From assembly GCA_016935395.1 (NCBI GenBank), contig JAFGQY010000110.1, positions 1 to 37,589 on the forward strand: a stretch of 37,589 nucleotides of DNA, read 5' to 3'. Source of the stretch: Parachlamydiales bacterium. GTDB lineage: Bacteria > Chlamydiota > Chlamydiia > Chlamydiales > SM23-39. The translations under genes were made by a program, and so were the position numbers. The notes under the pieces were generated by a model. The model made no database searches. It worked only from the letters and a program-made list of their open reading frames with translations, and had not been told where the DNA came from. Below are positions 26,711-35,506 of this stretch, one piece after another. Within the stretch, counting starts at the first letter, position 1, and the number at the start of each line of letters is the position of its first letter.

Positions 26711-27736
26711 ATGACTAAAGAAAATTTAGAAAAGAAAAAAGCTTTAGAACTTGCTATCGCTCAAATTCAAAAACAGTTCGGAGAAGGCGCGGTGATGGCT
26801 CTCGGCAAACATTCATCATCAAGAAAAATTGAATCTATCCCAACCGGAGCTTTATCTTTAGATCTGGCCCTCGGTATAGGCGGACTTCCAAGAGGAAGAA
26901 TTGTTGAAGTTTTTGGTCCAGAATCTTCTGGAAAATCAACGCTCGCACTTCATGCAGTTGCCAGCGCTCAAAAAAACGGCGGAATCGCAGCTTACATTGA
27001 TGCTGAACATGCCCTAGATCCCGCTTACGCAGCCAAAATTGGAGTTAACTTAGATGAACTGATGATATCACAGCCGGACTCCGGAGAAGAGGCTTTAAAC
27101 ATAGCGGATACGCTTGCTAGATCAAATGCCTTAGATCTTATAGTTATCGATTCGGTTGCAGCTTTGGTTCCTAAAAATGAACTTGAAGGTGAAATTGGAG
27201 ACTCTCATATGGGACTTCAGGCAAGAATGATGTCTCAAGCTCTTCGTAAACTTACCGCAACTTTATCAAAAGCAAAAACATGCGCTATTTTTATTAACCA
27301 GATAAGAGAGAAAATTGGAATTGTGTTTGGTAATCCCGAAACAACAACAGGTGGAAGAGCGTTAAAATTTTATGCATCTGTCCGCTTAGACATAAGAAGA
27401 ATAGCTTCAATAAAAGGTCCTGATGGAAGAGATCTTGGAAGTAGAACTAGAGTAAAAGTTGTAAAAAATAAAATGGCCCCTCCTTTTAGAATTGCTGAAT
27501 TTGACATAAACTTTAATGAAGGGATTTCAAGAGCTGGATCTGTTTTAGACCTAGCTGTTGAATATGAAATTATTGATAAAAAAGGAACCTGGTTTAGTTT
27601 CGAAAACAACAGACTGGGACAGGGTAGAGAGTCGGCTAAAGAAGAGCTAAAAAAAGATGAAACATTGCTTCAGAAACTTGAAAAATTGATTACAGAAAAA
27701 TCAGAACCTAAAATTGTTGAAGTAGAAAAAAAATAA
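26711..27736 (+). CDS. recA: Recombinase RecA
   Basis: GPESSGKST Walker [33 protein letters not shown]. Confidence 0.99.
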   Translation: MTKENLEKKKALELAIAQIQKQFGEGAVMALGKHSSSRKIESIPTGALSLDLALGIGGLPRGRIVEVFGPESSGKSTLALHAVASAQKNGGIAAYIDAEHALDPAYAAKIGVNLDELMISQPDSGEEALNIADTLARSNALDLIVIDSVAALVPKNELEGEIGDSHMGLQARMMSQALRKLTATLSKAKTCAIFINQIREKIGIVFGNPETTTGGRALKFYASVRLDIRRIASIKGPDGRDLGSRTRVKVVKNKMAPPFRIAEFDINFNEGISRAGSVLDLAVEYEIIDKKGTWFSFENNRLGQGRESAKEELKKDETLLQKLEKLITEKSEPKIVEVEKK

Positions 27737-27757
27737 TTCTTTTTTTTAAAAAACCCT

Positions 27758-28633
27758 TTAGACTAATTTTTCTAATTTATCGACGATTAGTTTAAAGGGG
27801 TCTTTATTTAGATCTAATTGATTTAAGGTATCTTTTAGGTTTTTAATTTCACTCAAAAATTTATTTTTAGCAGTTTCCTTGCCCAAAGCTATCGCTATGT
27901 TAATCGTCTTATTGTTTTTGAGATCTTCATCAAAATCTTTTAAATCATCAGCAACCTGAAAAGCCATTCCAAAATGAAATGAAGCTTTTTTTACAAGATC
28001 CAGTTTTTCCAACTCACCACCGCCGAAAAGCCATCCTAAAATAAAAGCTATCTCAAAAAGAGAAATTGTTTTTTTATGAATTATTTCAGTAATAGCTTCG
28101 ATCGAATCATCCCGTGAGTACAAATCTAAATATTGACCGCCTGTAGCTCCATTAACCCCCGCATATTTTGAAACGGCCTCAATAGCAATAGTGCATATTC
28201 TATCACACTTTTCTTGAGGCAGCTTGCTTAATAAGCTTTGGGAATTTTTATAAATAAGTTCGTATCCTGCGGAAATCAAAGAATAACTTGCGAGCACTGC
28301 GATAGCTTCGCTAAAACGCAAATGTAAAGTGGGTTTACATCTTCTTAATTTTTCATCATCCATGCAGGGCAGATCGTCAGCTATTAAAGAAGCTGTATGA
28401 AAAAACTCACAAGAAATAGCAGCTTTTGTAGCATCAAAATTTTTTCCTATACACTGAGCTATTAATAAAACAATTATAGGTCTAAATCTTTTTCCGCCAT
28501 TTAAAAGGCTGTATTCTATAGCGTCTCTTAGTTCATTTTTTTTTGACATCTCTTTAATTTCTAATAAGATGTCATCTTCAATTTTTTGCTTTAGATCTAA
28601 AAGAATTTTATTTTTTGATTTCATCAAAAACAT
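27758..28633 (-). CDS. ispA: Polyprenyl (geranyl/farnesyl) diphosphate synthase
   Basis: GGKRFRP, ADDLPCMDD, GGQYLDL, KKT, FQVADDL motifs. Confidence 0.92.
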   Translation of the reverse strand: MFLMKSKNKILLDLKQKIEDDILLEIKEMSKKNELRDAIEYSLLNGGKRFRPIIVLLIAQCIGKNFDATKAAISCEFFHTASLIADDLPCMDDEKLRRCKPTLHLRFSEAIAVLASYSLISAGYELIYKNSQSLLSKLPQEKCDRICTIAIEAVSKYAGVNGATGGQYLDLYSRDDSIEAITEIIHKKTISLFEIAFILGWLFGGGELEKLDLVKKASFHFGMAFQVADDLKDFDEDLKNNKTINIAIALGKETAKNKFLSEIKNLKDTLNQLDLNKDPFKLIVDKLEKLV

Positions 28634-29324
28634 TTTTTATACCCTTGGTCTTGACAAAAGGTAAAGCTCCCGGCTTTACAATTGAATCTTCCGTTATGTA
28701 ATTTCCAATATTTAAACAAGAATAAATAATAACATTTTTCCCTAAAAAAGTCGCAGGATTTAAAACGCTATTACATCCTATTTGAGAATTGTCCCCGATA
28801 ATAGCTCCGAGCTTTTTCAAATTAGTTTTATAAATCTTTCCTAAATGAAAAAAGGAAATGTTTTTTTTATCTAACCTGAAATTAGCACATTTAACTCCAG
28901 CTCCCAGATTAACATTATTTCCTATAATGGAATCTCCAACATAAGCAAAGTGGGCTAATGATGCATTATCTAACAATATTGAGTTTTTAATTTCAGTAGA
29001 ATGTCCAATAATAGCATTATGCCCGGTTATAACATTTCCTCTTATATAAGCACCGTGCCTGATTTGTGAATTTTTTCCAATAATGCAGGGGCCTTTAATA
29101 TAGGAAAAGGGTTCGACTGACGTTCCTTTGCCTATAGAAATTTGCTCAATATTTTCTAAATGCACATTTTTAGGAATTTCAACTTCTATCTTTCCAAGTG
29201 ACAAACTTTTTAAATAACTATCTATATTAGAAATAACTTCATAAACATTTTTGAAATTTTTAAAAATTTTTAAATGTTCATAATTATCTAAGGTAAAAAA
29301 TTTCTTTACATCAAAAGGATTCAT
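28608..29324 (-). CDS. glmU: GlmU-like glucosamine-1-phosphate acetyltransferase (left-handed beta-helix domain only)
   Basis: Hexapeptide repeats, HFAYVGDSIIG, NLGAG, KLGAIIGD; no N-terminal uridyltransferase domain. Likely start ATG 29324 (the track starts at 29363). Confidence 0.8.
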   Translation of the reverse strand: MNPFDVKKFFTLDNYEHLKIFKNFKNVYEVISNIDSYLKSLSLGKIEVEIPKNVHLENIEQISIGKGTSVEPFSYIKGPCIIGKNSQIRHGAYIRGNVITGHNAIIGHSTEIKNSILLDNASLAHFAYVGDSIIGNNVNLGAGVKCANFRLDKKNISFFHLGKIYKTNLKKLGAIIGDNSQIGCNSVLNPATFLGKNVIIYSCLNIGNYITEDSIVKPGALPFVKTKGIKNVFDEIKK

Positions 29325-29379
29325 GAGTTTATCATAAGGCAGGTACTGAAAAAAAGATATCAAAATATTGAAGAGCGTT

Positions 29380-29570
29380 TAAAGAAGATAAATATTTATA
29401 AATATACTCTTCATACTCTATTTGTGTGGAAATGTTCACAACTACCTCATTTTATCCAGCTACATATGTTGTTTATAAAATGTTTATAGAACTCTTTTTT
29501 TATGCCGGTTTTAAACAACGAAGAGTTTTGAACAGAGTTATAAACAGGTTATGCGTACATATTTTCAACA
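29380..29570. other. Candidate replication origin (oriC): DnaA-box-like cluster with adjacent AT-rich tract
   Basis: Nine 9-mers resembling TTWTNCACA/TTWTNAACA at 29425(-), 29432, 29452, 29470(-), 29481(-), 29509, 29526, 29538 and 29562, in an intergenic region; AT-only stretch at 29388-29406. Confidence 0.6.
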
Positions 29571-29599
29571 ATTCAAAAAAAAAGTTAAAAAAAAGCAAA

Positions 29600-29674
29600 T
29601 CTGGGTGAGAGGATTTGAACCTCCGACCTTTTGCCCCCCAGACAAACGCGCTAGCCAAGCTGCGCTACACCCAG
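29600..29674 (-). tRNA. tRNA-Pro(GGG)
   Basis: Reverse complement CTGGGTGTAGCGCAGCTTGGCTAGCGCGTTTGTCT-GGG-GGGCAAAAGGTCGGAGGTTCAAATCCTCTCACCCAGA folds as a cloverleaf; CCA not encoded. Confidence 0.96.
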
Positions 29675-29751
29675 ATATAAAATAGGATTTTCTATTATTT
29701 ACAAATTGTTTATATTTTTCACTTGTTTTTAATAAATTTTAAGGAATTTTA

Positions 29752-30435
29752 ATGGGATTAGGGCTTTTTATGCAAAAAGATTGGGCTGAAGCTTTAAGAG
29801 AAGAGTTTCAAAAACCCTATATTAAAAAACTCCAAAATTTTTTAATGGAAGAAAATAAAAAATATCAAATTTTTCCTCCTGAAAATTTAATATTTAATGC
29901 ATTTTGTCAAACTGCATTAAAAGATGTTAAAGTAGTAATAATAGGACAGGATCCTTACCATGGAGAAGGACAGGCGCATGGTTTGTCTTTTAGCGTTCCT
30001 AAAAATATTAATCCGCCTCCATCTTTAAAAAATATTTTTAAAGAAATAAAAGAAGATGTTGGAATGAATATTCCAAATAGTGGAGATTTAACTAATTGGG
30101 CAAAGCAGGGAGTTTTGCTTTTAAATGCAACGTTAACTGTTAGAAAATCTTGTCCTAAATCTCACTATGGTATGGGGTGGGAAATATTTACGGATAAGGT
30201 AGTTGAAATTCTAATAAGCCAAAAAGATCAAAAAATTGTTTTTATGTTATGGGGAGCCTCTGCAAAAGAAAAAATTGAAAAAGTTTTTAAAGATCAAAAT
30301 CATCCGCATCTGATTTTAAAAGCAGCTCATCCATCTTTTTATTCTGCAGCTAACTTTTTTGGATGCAGACACTTTTCAAAAGCTAACGAATTTTTAAGAA
30401 AAAACGGAAAAAAAGAGATAAACTGGCAGATATAA
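29752..30435 (+). CDS. ung: Uracil-DNA glycosylase, family 1
   Basis: GQDPYHG, GLSFS, PPSLKNI, GVLLLN, HPS motifs. Confidence 0.97.
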   Translation: MGLGLFMQKDWAEALREEFQKPYIKKLQNFLMEENKKYQIFPPENLIFNAFCQTALKDVKVVIIGQDPYHGEGQAHGLSFSVPKNINPPPSLKNIFKEIKEDVGMNIPNSGDLTNWAKQGVLLLNATLTVRKSCPKSHYGMGWEIFTDKVVEILISQKDQKIVFMLWGASAKEKIEKVFKDQNHPHLILKAAHPSFYSAANFFGCRHFSKANEFLRKNGKKEINWQI

Positions 30436-30490
30436 TAGCCTAAAATGTTAAAAAAAAATAAACTAATGATCTAGAAAGCTTTGGAGTTTG

Positions 30491-31720
30491 ATGAATACTA
30501 CAACAAAAAAAAGAATATCTTTCCTTTCGATTCTTTTTACTTTTTTTGTTGATAATTTAGGATGGTCAATTGTTTTTCCAATATTTGCTCCACTATTTTT
30601 GGATGCAGATAATTTAATATTTACAAAAGAGATATCCTTTTCTACAAGAACGGCTATTTTGGGCATTTTTTTATCAGCATTTCCTTTAGCTCAATTTTTT
30701 GGAGCTCCAATACTTGGTGAGTTTGCAGATAAATCTGGAAGAAAAAAGGCGTTACTTATTTCTATATTATTAACTTTTTTGGGGTATATTTTAACCGGAT
30801 ACAGCATACTTTATAATAAGTTAGTTTTGCTTTTCATAGGAAGGGTTGTTACTGGACTTTTTTCAGGCAATTTGTCGGTGTGTTTGGCTTCTATTTCTGA
30901 TTTAAGTACAGATGAAAAATCTAAAGCTAGAAATTTTGGATTTCTGTCAGTTTTAGCAGGATTTTCTTTTATCGTTGGAGCTTTTTTAGGTGGAAAACTA
31001 TCAGACCCAAAAGTTTTTGAAATTTTTAACTCAGCTTTTCCATTTTGGATAGCCGCTATTTTGAGTTTGATTAATTTGCTTTTTATATTTTTTGCTTTTT
31101 ATGAAACTTATACACCGGATAAAAATGTAAAATATGATTTTTTAGAAGGCATTCATAATATTCAAGAAGCACTCAAAACTAAAAGAATAAAAACGATCTA
31201 TTTGATTTATTTTTTATTTGTTTTTGGTTGGACAATTTTGTTTCAGTTTTCTCCTGTCTTAGTGATTAAAAAATTTCATTTTACAAACTCTCAAATTGGT
31301 GACTTGGCTGCTTTTATGGGTATCTGTTGGGCGATCGGATCTGGTATTATTAATAAGCTTTTAACAAGGCAATTTTCTTCAATGCGGGTTTTAGAAGTGT
31401 CGTTAATTATTTTTACCATTCTTTGTGGTTTTGTTGGCTTTCCAAATCATTTATATGGAATTATTCTTATATTGGGGTCCTGTGTGGTTATTGGCGGAAT
31501 AGCCTGGCCTCTTTGCGCAACTTTAATATCAAATAAGGCCACAAAGCCCATGCAAGGGAAAATTATGGGAATAAGTCAATCGATGCAATCTCTTGCTATG
31601 GCGGTATCTCCGATTATTGGTGGTTTTTCAGATCAGGTGTTTATATATTTGCCTTTTTTAATAGCGGCATTTGCATCTTTGATCGCGAGTTTAATTTATT
31701 TTAAAACAAAATTTGATTGA
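30491..31720 (+). CDS. MFS transporter, TetA/DHA1-like
   Basis: About 12 TM segments; motif A GEFADKSGRK; AQFFGAPILG; GRVVTGLFSG. Confidence 0.9.
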   Translation: MNTTTKKRISFLSILFTFFVDNLGWSIVFPIFAPLFLDADNLIFTKEISFSTRTAILGIFLSAFPLAQFFGAPILGEFADKSGRKKALLISILLTFLGYILTGYSILYNKLVLLFIGRVVTGLFSGNLSVCLASISDLSTDEKSKARNFGFLSVLAGFSFIVGAFLGGKLSDPKVFEIFNSAFPFWIAAILSLINLLFIFFAFYETYTPDKNVKYDFLEGIHNIQEALKTKRIKTIYLIYFLFVFGWTILFQFSPVLVIKKFHFTNSQIGDLAAFMGICWAIGSGIINKLLTRQFSSMRVLEVSLIIFTILCGFVGFPNHLYGIILILGSCVVIGGIAWPLCATLISNKATKPMQGKIMGISQSMQSLAMAVSPIIGGFSDQVFIYLPFLIAAFASLIASLIYFKTKFD

Positions 31721-31736
31721 TTATGGAGATTGGTAA

Positions 31737-31982
31737 ATGAATAAAAAAGATAAATTTTTAAATGTTTTAAGTTCTCAAAAAAATGGGTTTTCAAATAAAA
31801 AACCTCTTAGAGAGGCTCTTTCGTCTGTTTTTAAAGACAATACAAAAAAAGAGAGTTTGAAAAAAATTAAAGAGGAACTTAACGATATCGAACATGACAT
31901 GAAATCAAGTTTTGAAAATTTTATCAAAATGCAAAAAAAATTAACCAAAGCATATAAAGGAATAAAAAATGAAAAAAAATAG
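31737..31982 (+). CDS. Small Lys-rich, predicted coiled-coil hypothetical protein
   Basis: GGAG RBS; fills the gap between the MFS and HlyD genes and overlaps the next start. Confidence 0.65.
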   Translation: MNKKDKFLNVLSSQKNGFSNKKPLREALSSVFKDNTKKESLKKIKEELNDIEHDMKSSFENFIKMQKKLTKAYKGIKNEKK

Positions 31983-32814
31983 AAAACACAGAAAAATAAT
32001 TAAAGGAATTTTTTTATTTTTATTACTTGTAAGTCTAGTTGGGCTCAGATTTTGGTATATTAAGTCTGTAGACTCACCTAAAATGATAGGATCAATCTAC
32101 GCAGAGAAAAAACAGGTTTTGTCTCAGGTTTCGGGGATTGTTGATAAGGTGTTTGTTAATGAAAATGATTTTGTAAAGCCAAAAGATAAAATTGCCAGTG
32201 TTGATACGGAATTGTTAGAATTAAAAGTAAAAGAAATCGATGCTAAAATTAACTACACTACAAAACAGAAAAACTTAATAAAAATGCAAGAAGATAGAGC
32301 TTTAGAAGAATATATAACTTCTAAAAAAGATACTGAACCAGATCAAAAAAGTTTTAAGGATAAACTGAAAAATTTAGAAGAAAAGCAGCATCAAGCAAAG
32401 ATCGTTGATGCTAAAATTGAAATGTACAAATCAGAAAAAGAGCTTATTGAAAAACAGATAGAAAGAAAATATATCTTCTCCTCTTTTTCAGGTCAAATAT
32501 CTGATATTAATATTGAAATTGGAAAACCCATTTATAAAAGTGATTATATCTGTAGTATAAAAGATAATGAAAATCTCTGGCTTAACGTTAAGGTAAATGA
32601 AAGTCAACTTAAAGACTTGAAAAAAAATAAAACTTTAAAATTAGAATTTATTTCTTATCCTGATCAGAAATTTCAAGGAAATATTTTTGATATATCTAAA
32701 AATGAAGACAATTTATTTAACTTAAAATTATCAGTAAATCATTTGAAAAATTCCCCGGATGAAAAAAGTGTTAATCTTTTACCCGGAATGACAGCGTATT
32801 TAAAAAATGAATAA
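31969..32814 (+). CDS. HlyD/EmrA-like membrane fusion (periplasmic adaptor) protein
   Basis: N-terminal TM; SQVSGIVDKVFVNENDFVK lipoyl half, coiled hairpin, SSFSGQI, LLPGMTA. Confidence 0.85.
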   Translation: MKKNRKHRKIIKGIFLFLLLVSLVGLRFWYIKSVDSPKMIGSIYAEKKQVLSQVSGIVDKVFVNENDFVKPKDKIASVDTELLELKVKEIDAKINYTTKQKNLIKMQEDRALEEYITSKKDTEPDQKSFKDKLKNLEEKQHQAKIVDAKIEMYKSEKELIEKQIERKYIFSSFSGQISDINIEIGKPIYKSDYICSIKDNENLWLNVKVNESQLKDLKKNKTLKLEFISYPDQKFQGNIFDISKNEDNLFNLKLSVNHLKNSPDEKSVNLLPGMTAYLKNE

Positions 32815-33769
32815 TATTGATTTAGAAAAAACACTTTTTGATGAGATTAAAAAGCTACTTGAAAATTTAAGTTTAAAAGAACTGAGAAATATAAATTTAG
32901 GCTTAACTAAAAGATATAAAGAAAGAGTACATAATAAATTTTTATCAGACTCTCAAAGACTCGCATATATTACATCAAGAATGCCCTCTACTTTTAAAGC
33001 CCTTTTAAAAGCTTTACAGGAAATGGTAAAAATTGCCCCTGAAATTAAAATCCAAACTGTTTTAGATTTAGGCTCCGGACCTGGCACTTCTGTTTGGTCA
33101 CTGTTTTCAATTTTTGAAGATATTTTAAAAATAAATCTAATTGAAAAAGATGCAAAGTTAGTTGAATATGCAAAAGTTTTAACCAAAAACTTACCTTTTG
33201 AAAATAAACTACATTTTGAAATAAACGATCTTTTAAAGATTAAAAATTATGATAGCGATCTTGTGATTTTATCTTACGTTGCAAATGAACTTAAAGATTA
33301 CGCTTTAGATAAAATTGTAAACAACTGGTTTAAATCAGAAAGTTCAAAAGTGATTTTATTTATAGAACCCGGCACCAAATATGGCTTTAAATCAATTAAC
33401 TATGTAAGAGACAGACTAATTGACAAGGGAGCCAGTATGATCGCTCCTTGCCCCAACGAACTTAAATGTCCCATGAAAAAAAATGACTGGTGTCATTTTT
33501 ATGTAAGAGTTAAAAGAACCAAACAACACCAATACATCAAAAATGCTACTCTTGCATATGAAGATGAAAAATTTTCGTATGTAATCGCTTCTAAAGATCC
33601 TGTAAGAAAACCAAATTCCAGGGTTTTAAGGTATCCAAAAACATCCAAAACTGAAGTAAATTTGGTTTTATGTAAAGAGGGGCAAATAAAGCAAGAGTCT
33701 ATTTATATAAAGGACAGAAAAAACTTCAAAATAGCTAAAAAGTTAGACTGGGGTGATTCTTTTATATAG
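32807..33769 (+). CDS. Rsm22/METTL17-family SAM-dependent methyltransferase
   Basis: AYITSRMP, LDLGSGPGT, SYVANEL, IEPGT, APCP..CP..DWCHF, EDEKFSY, WGD motifs. Confidence 0.88.
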   Translation: MNNIDLEKTLFDEIKKLLENLSLKELRNINLGLTKRYKERVHNKFLSDSQRLAYITSRMPSTFKALLKALQEMVKIAPEIKIQTVLDLGSGPGTSVWSLFSIFEDILKINLIEKDAKLVEYAKVLTKNLPFENKLHFEINDLLKIKNYDSDLVILSYVANELKDYALDKIVNNWFKSESSKVILFIEPGTKYGFKSINYVRDRLIDKGASMIAPCPNELKCPMKKNDWCHFYVRVKRTKQHQYIKNATLAYEDEKFSYVIASKDPVRKPNSRVLRYPKTSKTEVNLVLCKEGQIKQESIYIKDRKNFKIAKKLDWGDSFI

Positions 33770-33895
33770 CTTTAATTATAAAGAATATTTTTTTATTTCT
33801 CTATGAATTTGCTTATTATATAGATACTTAGGTAGTAAGTTAATAGAATCAGATTTCATGAATTTATAAAATGATTAAAAAGCAGAATTAAAGTT

Positions 33896-33933
33896 AAAAA
33901 AGCTCTTCTATAATAAAAAAGAAGAGCTTTTTT
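33896..33933. terminator. Bidirectional Rho-independent terminator
   Basis: AAAAAAGCTCTTCT / AGAAGAGCTTTTTT between convergent genes. Confidence 0.8.
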
Positions 33934-33950
33934 CTATATCTTAAATTAAA

Positions 33951-34694
33951 TTAGATTAGTTTATTGAACATTTCAAAAAGATTTTTAATTTCATTTTTTT
34001 GATCTTCATTTGGATTGAAGTGCGGGTGAGAAAATGAAGCTTTTAATTTTCTCAAACTTATTATAATTTGTTCTGCGATATCAGGCTGCCTTTTATCTTG
34101 ATCTGCTAAAGGAAATAATTTTCTAATAATTGATAAAAGCTCTTGTTTTGGCTGTCCCTGATAGTTTTTAACGATGTCCTGTTTTTTGTCGATATCACCT
34201 GATCTTGAAGCTAGAGTATATATTGCTTGTCTTGGCATTGAATCTATTCTTGGACGAAGATTTGTCGGCATTGACATATAAAAGTCATAATATTGTAAAA
34301 AGTTATAAGGCGTTTGTCTATTGCCATAGGTTGTCATAAGCCAAGTTGTAAAAGCTCCTTCTTTATAATTTTTTAAAAGTTTTTGAGCTTTTTTAACTCT
34401 TTCGCCGTGAAGTATAACCGCCTGATTTGTTATAGCTTTTACCTCAGAGGTAATAGTAATTAGTTCTAATAAATCTTTTTCAATATCTACATCTTTTTCT
34501 TCTTCTTTGTAGTTTTGTAAAATATTAGATAGATTCTCTTTTTCATCTTCATTAAGAGTATTTAATTTAAAGACGCCTGAGAAACTTGATAAACTTCCTT
34601 GAGCGGATTTTTCTGCTAATGCAGTCATTTTTGCTTTATTTTCATTTTCTTTTGATCTTAATCTTAAATTTAAAAGATCATTAAATTTTACCAT
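33951..34694 (-). CDS. Chlamydial plasmid pGP6-D-related protein (CT583 family)
   Basis: ITSEVKAITNQAVILHGER, YGNRQTPYNFLQYY, MPRQAIYTLASR; lies downstream of parA. Confidence 0.9.
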   Translation of the reverse strand: MVKFNDLLNLRLRSKENENKAKMTALAEKSAQGSLSSFSGVFKLNTLNEDEKENLSNILQNYKEEEKDVDIEKDLLELITITSEVKAITNQAVILHGERVKKAQKLLKNYKEGAFTTWLMTTYGNRQTPYNFLQYYDFYMSMPTNLRPRIDSMPRQAIYTLASRSGDIDKKQDIVKNYQGQPKQELLSIIRKLFPLADQDKRQPDIAEQIIISLRKLKASFSHPHFNPNEDQKNEIKNLFEMFNKLI

Positions 34695-34723
34695 TTTAAT
34701 ATTACTCCTAATGTAAAGCGGTT

Positions 34724-35485
34724 TTACATTTTTTTTGCTTTTTGTAAAAATTCTTTAGTTAGCGCTTTGTAATCTTCAGAAGCTCGGCTATTTGGAGAGG
34801 TTTTAAAAACAGGGTTTCCATAAATTGTTGCTTCTGAGATTGAAATATCTCTTCTTACTTTTGATTTAAGTAATTTTCCGGGAAAAGTTTCTTCGATTAT
34901 TTTTGAAAAATCATCGTTGCTTTTTCCTCTTGGATACCAAAAAGACAAAGCAATTCCCATTACTGTTAAGTTGTGTCTTTCAGAAATGTTTTTAATAAAA
35001 ACTGAAAGTCTTTGCAGTCCTTTAATACTGTAAAATTCTGGTGTGGCGCAAATGAGAGATCTGTTTGCTGCAATTAGAGCAGACTCGGTAAGCCAACAAA
35101 TTGAAGGAGGCGTATCGATAAAGATAAAATCGTAGTCTAAAGGAGCCAGGATCTCTTTAAGCCTTTCATGAGAATACCTGTCAGAGGCTAAAGAACCGGT
35201 TACTTCGATTCTTTCAAGCCAGGCATCTGCAGGCACCAAATCTAAATTGGGAATTGATGTTTTCAAAATGACATCTTTAATTGACTTTTCTTTTTGTAGA
35301 ACAGGAGACATGCTGTCCTGTTCATCCGGATCAAAACCAAGACCAGTTGTCAAATTGGCTTGAGAATCAAAATCAATTAAAAGAACCCTTTTTTTATGAT
35401 AAAGCGCTAGCGCAGAACCAATATGTAAGCATGTTGATGTTTTAGCTGTGCCGCCTTTGAAACTAGTTATTGCAATAGTTTCCAC
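34724..35485 (-). CDS. parA: ParA/Soj-family ATPase (CT582 / pGP5-like)
   Basis: Deviant Walker A KGGTAKTS, IDFDSQANLT, IDTPPS; GTG start. Confidence 0.92.
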   Translation of the reverse strand: METIAITSFKGGTAKTSTCLHIGSALALYHKKRVLLIDFDSQANLTTGLGFDPDEQDSMSPVLQKEKSIKDVILKTSIPNLDLVPADAWLERIEVTGSLASDRYSHERLKEILAPLDYDFIFIDTPPSICWLTESALIAANRSLICATPEFYSIKGLQRLSVFIKNISERHNLTVMGIALSFWYPRGKSNDDFSKIIEETFPGKLLKSKVRRDISISEATIYGNPVFKTSPNSRASEDYKALTKEFLQKAKKM

Positions 35486-35506
35486 AAAAAAATCCCCTTT
35501 TAGTTT

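Noticed and set aside
29391-29424. NAN triplets (GAG TAT GAA GAG TAT, minus strand) as DnaA-trios
   Set aside because: Polarity relative to the adjacent box appears opposite to the Bacillus arrangement as I recall it, and no GC-rich spacer is present; not claimed.
29426-29608. 60-aa + strand ORF
   Set aside because: Overlaps the DnaA-box-like cluster and the tRNA end; no RBS or recognisable motifs.
2521-33186. Remaining short antisense or overlapping ORFs (e.g. 2521-2871, 4431-4613, 8732-9004, 10340-10645, 27370-27609, 32953-33186)
   Set aside because: Largely or entirely overlapped by well-supported genes; no independent evidence.
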